NCBI GenBank assembly: GCA_034676805.1
Contig: JAXDDO010000001.1
Coordinates: 4,758-68,757 of the forward strand
Direction of reading: 5' to 3'
Length of the DNA: 64,000 bases
From: Anaerolineae bacterium
GTDB taxonomy: Bacteria > Chloroflexota > Anaerolineae > B4-G1 > SLSP01
This document shows positions 60,643-64,000 of the stretch, in pieces. The position numbers and the translations under genes were made by a program. Positions within the stretch are counted from its first letter, which is position 1, and every line of letters begins with the position of its first letter. The notes under the pieces were generated by a model, which saw nothing but the letters and a program-made list of their open reading frames with translations, was not told where the DNA came from and did not search any database.

Positions 60643-61754
60643 ACATGACGGAGGCCAGTGCCACTGAGCAAGACTTGCAGGTTTGGGATGCTGGGATGGA
60701 CTACCGGCATCTGCTCGACTCGCACCCTGATCCGATGGTCGTTCTGGATGCTGAGGGCCGGTTTCTGTGGGGGAACCGTTCCGTCGACAGCATGCTTGCA
60801 GATGGCGAGCCCGACGCTGGTGACCCCCATCTTTCGCAACTAGGCATCGACCCGCAGGAGTTTTCCGGTCTGGCTCGCCGGGCGAGGGAGCGGGGTGTGG
60901 TGACCTACGAACTGGAGGTTGCGGGCCCGACCCCACGCCATCTGGCGGTGCGGCTGGTCTATCTTCCCCTGTTGTTGCCGGATGAGTCCGCGTATCTGTG
61001 GGTGGCCCACGACGTCACAGCTCGGGTGCACCTCGAGCAGGAGCGACAACAGCTGGTGCACATGATCGTTCACGACCTGCGGGTGCCGTTGGGCAACATC
61101 CTTAACAGCCTGGATCTGGTGCTGACGGCCTGGCGAGAGCGTGATGTTACGTTGCCGGCGGAGCAGGTTCTCGAGATCGGGCTGCGCAGCGCACACCGGA
61201 TGGATCAACTCATCAGTGACATCCTCGATTCGGCACGCTTGCAGGCCAAAGAGCGTGGCCTTGCTGTGGCTCCCATCGATGTCGAGGCACTCCTACGTGA
61301 GGCGGTTGAGGCGTTGTCGGCAAGCGCCAAGCGCCGCGAGCAGATTATGACGGTTGAGGTGCAGCAAGAGCTACCATTGCTGAACGGTGATCCCGACCTG
61401 CTCCGGAGGGTTCTCACCAACCTGATTGGCAATGCCGTTAAGTACACGCAAGACCAGGGGCGAATCGACATCCGCGTCGAAGCCGACGCGGATGAGCTCA
61501 CATTCACTGTGAGCGACAACGGGCGCGGGATCGCGCCCGACGACCAGGAACACATTTTCGAGCTGTTTTTCCGGGGAGGCCCACGCGAGCAACGAGGCGC
61601 GGGTATCGGCCTGGCATTCTGCAAATTGGCCGTGGAAGCACACGGGGGGCGGATATGGTTTGAGAGCGTGGAGGGCTCTGGATCGGCATTCTCCTTCACA
61701 ATACCACGCGTGTTGCCCAAGCGGGCCACCTGCCGCAGCAGGGATGGACAATGA
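60639..61754 (+). CDS. Cytoplasmic sensor histidine kinase (PAS-HisKA-HATPase_c)
   Basis: GTGA overlap with the dNK stop (alternative ATG 60645). H-box IVHDLRVPL, N-box LIGNAVKYT, G-boxes DNGRGI and GAGIGLAF. No TM segment. Confidence 0.88.
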   Translation: MNMTEASATEQDLQVWDAGMDYRHLLDSHPDPMVVLDAEGRFLWGNRSVDSMLADGEPDAGDPHLSQLGIDPQEFSGLARRARERGVVTYELEVAGPTPRHLAVRLVYLPLLLPDESAYLWVAHDVTARVHLEQERQQLVHMIVHDLRVPLGNILNSLDLVLTAWRERDVTLPAEQVLEIGLRSAHRMDQLISDILDSARLQAKERGLAVAPIDVEALLREAVEALSASAKRREQIMTVEVQQELPLLNGDPDLLRRVLTNLIGNAVKYTQDQGRIDIRVEADADELTFTVSDNGRGIAPDDQEHIFELFFRGGPREQRGAGIGLAFCKLAVEAHGGRIWFESVEGSGSAFSFTIPRVLPKRATCRSRDGQ

Positions 61755-63040
61755 CGGAGAGGCTCTACTACAGCGACGCAACCCTCCGCACGTTTACGGC
61801 GCACGTGCTTGAACAGCGCACGCTGACCGCGGAGGACGGGACCTTGAGACCCGCCGCACGGCTGGATCGGACCACGTTCTACCCGACCTCGGGGGGGCAA
61901 CCTCACGATACCGGAACCCTGAACGGTATCGACGTCGTTGAAGTTGTGGAAGACGATCGTGGTGAGATCTGGCACATACTGGCCGAGCCGCTGCCGTTGC
62001 AGAGCGCCGCGGTCACGGGGACGATCGACTGGCGACGACGGTTCGACCATATGCAGCAGCACACAGGGCAGCATATCCTGTCCGCCGCCTTCGATGAGCG
62101 CTTGGACGCGCCGACGGTGGGGTTTCACCTGGGCCGTGAAAGCAGCACGATCGACCTGGATATCGCCGCCTTGAGTTGGGACGCCGCCGCCGATGTCGAG
62201 CGCGAGGTGAACCGCGTGGTGTGGGAAAACCGCCCCGTTACGGTGCACATGGTTTCGGATGCCCAAGTGGCGGAGATGCCGCTTCGCAAACCTCCGGCGG
62301 TCACCGGTGAGATCCGCGTGATCCAGGTACAGGGATACGATGCTTCCGCTTGTGGCGGAACGCACGTGCGCGCCACCGGGGAAATCGGGATGATCAAGGT
62401 CGCCGGCATCGAGCGCTATAAGGGCGGCGTGAGGGTGAGTTTTCAGTGCGGTGAGCGCGCGCTCAACGACTACCAGCGCGCTATGGGCGTGCTACGCGCG
62501 TCCAGCCTGCTGTTGTCGGTGGGCGTGGATGAGCTGCCTGAAGCGATTGCCAGGCTCGACGACGAGCTGCGTGTTACACGGCGTTCGCTACGTCACGCGC
62601 GCAGCGAGTTGGTGACGTACGAGGCGACCCGGATGTGGGGTGAGGCGCCGGTAGTCGCCGATATCCATATCATCACTGACATGTGGGTCGATCGGGATTT
62701 CGAGGAGGCGCGTGCCCTGGCGAACCAACTGCGCGAGCGCCCCAGAACAATGATTCTGTTGGCTGTGGCGGAGGACAACGCCGGGGGAGCTCCCAAGGGC
62801 CTGCGCCTGGTCTGCGCAGTCAGCGGAGACCTTGCCGGGCGATCTGACGGTGCTGTGATTGACGCGGCATCCGTTCTGCGCGATGTGCTTGGGGCCCTGG
62901 GAGGGCGCGGCGGTGGATCACCGGCGATGGCTCAGGGTGGGGCGCCATACGAGTCACCTCAGGAGGTGCGGGTGGCTTTTCGGAAGGCCCTGTCGCGCTG
63001 TGGTTTGGACGACGTCCCAGGCGGAGACAAGGTAGGTTGA
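61751..63040 (+). CDS. AlaX-L type alanyl-tRNA editing protein
   Basis: ATGA overlap with the kinase stop. N-terminal MTERLYYSDATLRTF, zinc motifs HTGQHILSAAF and CGGTHV, and a C-terminal DHHA1-like region. Confidence 0.85.
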   Translation: MTERLYYSDATLRTFTAHVLEQRTLTAEDGTLRPAARLDRTTFYPTSGGQPHDTGTLNGIDVVEVVEDDRGEIWHILAEPLPLQSAAVTGTIDWRRRFDHMQQHTGQHILSAAFDERLDAPTVGFHLGRESSTIDLDIAALSWDAAADVEREVNRVVWENRPVTVHMVSDAQVAEMPLRKPPAVTGEIRVIQVQGYDASACGGTHVRATGEIGMIKVAGIERYKGGVRVSFQCGERALNDYQRAMGVLRASSLLLSVGVDELPEAIARLDDELRVTRRSLRHARSELVTYEATRMWGEAPVVADIHIITDMWVDRDFEEARALANQLRERPRTMILLAVAEDNAGGAPKGLRLVCAVSGDLAGRSDGAVIDAASVLRDVLGALGGRGGGSPAMAQGGAPYESPQEVRVAFRKALSRCGLDDVPGGDKVG

Positions 63041-63056
63041 GGCAAGGAGGCCACCT

Positions 63057-63932
63057 GTGAAGGAAGTCGCCACCAACGTGTTTGTTGAGTCTTCCTATCC
63101 CCCTTACAACTTGGTGCTCATCAAGACCGAGAAAGGGGGGATTATCGTCGATGTCCCCCCGAACCCGGTCCATGCGCTGACATGGATCGAGCAGGCGCGT
63201 GCCGCCGGGGGACCCCTGCGGTATGTCGTGTTTACAGACGCGGGCCGCGAACGGCAACTGGCGACGGCATTCTGTGAAGTGCCGGTGATCGCGACGGAGA
63301 CGATGTTGCGCATAATGGCGGGTTACAGCGAAGAGCGCGCGCGCCGCGAATACTTCGATCTGCTGACCTCCCGATATCCTGAAGAGATGGGCGCCCTCGA
63401 TGGCGCGCGGCCACGCAAGCCAGCAATCGCGTTCAATTCGGCGTTCACGCTCTACGCCGACGGCATGACGCTGCAATTCGAGGCGGTCGAGGGGGCGGCG
63501 CCGGGAAGCCTATGGCTGTTGATTCCCGAACACAGCTTGCTGATTGCGGGAGATACCGTTGTGGTCAATGTCCCGCCGGCGATGGAAGCGACCCCGAACT
63601 CGAAGGCATGGCTGAATACGATGGCAGGTTTGGCGCACCGGCAGACCGTGAAGGGGATCGTCCCGGGCCGCGGCCCTGCGTGGATCAACCGTGGTGATAT
63701 CGAGTCGCAACGCGAGTTTATGCGTGTGATGCGCCGCGCCGCTCGCACCCTGGCCCGCAAGAGCGCCAATGGCCTGAGCCTGACCCAAACCGCTCAGGAG
63801 CTGCAGCAGACCTTCTTCAACCGGTCGGGGCAGAAGGCTGTCAAGCTGCTCCGCGCAGGGCTGGAGCGTCTTGTGGCTGAGGTAGTGGACGCCGAGGACG
63901 GGGGGCCAGACGATCAGGATGAAACGGTCTGA
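63057..63932 (+). CDS. MBL-fold-like protein with degenerate metal-binding motifs
   Basis: GTG start after AAGGAGG. MBL-style beta-strand layout (NLVLIKTEKGGIIVDVP, LLIAGDTV). FTDAGRER sits where HxHxDH is expected, and GAAPGS where GHTPGS is expected. Confidence 0.55.
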   Translation: MKEVATNVFVESSYPPYNLVLIKTEKGGIIVDVPPNPVHALTWIEQARAAGGPLRYVVFTDAGRERQLATAFCEVPVIATETMLRIMAGYSEERARREYFDLLTSRYPEEMGALDGARPRKPAIAFNSAFTLYADGMTLQFEAVEGAAPGSLWLLIPEHSLLIAGDTVVVNVPPAMEATPNSKAWLNTMAGLAHRQTVKGIVPGRGPAWINRGDIESQREFMRVMRRAARTLARKSANGLSLTQTAQELQQTFFNRSGQKAVKLLRAGLERLVAEVVDAEDGGPDDQDETV

Positions 63933-64000
63933 TCTGGGGGCAGGGCTTACGCATCTCAACAGGCGAGTACCTTGAGCAGATAGTCCTCATCCCAGGCCGC

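Noticed and set aside
63956-64000. Minus-strand open frame ending ...AAWDEDYLLKVLAC-stop (TGA at 63958-63956) at the right edge of the window.
   Set aside because: Only 14 codons are visible, too few to distinguish a real gene 3' end from chance. It is not reported as a feature.

Overview
This is a GC-rich, almost gap-free coding window with about 53 protein-coding genes. I found no rRNA, tRNA, CRISPR array, transposase, integrase or prophage signature. All functional calls rest on motifs I recognise by eye in the supplied translations and on hand-read start sites, RBSs, promoters and hairpins; no database search was possible. The gene content fits a high-GC Terrabacteria genome, possibly Chloroflexota/Thermomicrobia-like, but I cannot verify taxonomy. 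The supporting traits are a LexA gene with a Gram-positive-type GAAC-N4-GTnC box in its own promoter, several sulfatases without signal peptides, and thermophile-type nucleoside enzymes.

Layout:
- 1-8.6 kb: a corA 3' fragment, then a DUF362 / enolase-superfamily / creatininase-family / TrmH / Gfo-Idh-MocA / Nif3 string, then a divergent MsbA-like ABC exporter.
- 8.7-23.9 kb: a 15-kb co-directional, accessory-looking carbohydrate locus. It holds GH3, a PfkB kinase, three Cys-type sulfatases, an MFS transporter, an HD-like unknown, an esterase, two GNATs, an amidohydrolase and a GT-A-like unknown.
- 23.9-32.6 kb: a minus-strand run. It holds a ModF-like double ABC ATPase, a GAF/fRMsr-like protein, rubredoxin, an MtaD-like deaminase fused to a CYTH domain, NUDIX, a toroid-like unknown, a PF04008 adenosine-specific-kinase-like protein, a CinA/COG1058-like protein and two tandem single-domain response regulators.
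- 32.9-37.2 kb: a 1456-aa secreted S8 peptidase.
- 37.2-41.6 kb: lexA divergent from an ATP-cone/uridine-kinase-like gene with a 28-bp perfect palindrome between them, then prolyl oligopeptidase.
- 41.8-48.9 kb: a translationally coupled CDP-3,6-dideoxyhexose-type operon (rfbF-rfbG-SDR-rfbH-GT2) running straight into adenosine kinase and ahcY.
- 49-59 kb: a STAND/AAA-TPR protein, a GT-C membrane glycosyltransferase, hydantoinase, a membrane-anchored resolvase-like nuclease, an orphan XdhC, a cupin and a flavoprotein.
- 59-64 kb: a coupled operon of two deoxynucleoside kinases, an orphan PAS histidine kinase, AlaX-L and a degenerate MBL-fold protein.

Best candidates for something new:
- The MtaD-CYTH fusion and its nucleoside/ADP-ribose-flavoured gene string.
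- The signal-peptide-less sulfatase locus with no maturase in view.
- The lexA / palindrome / ATP-cone-kinase control region.
- The dNK-dNK-HK-AlaX-MBL operon.
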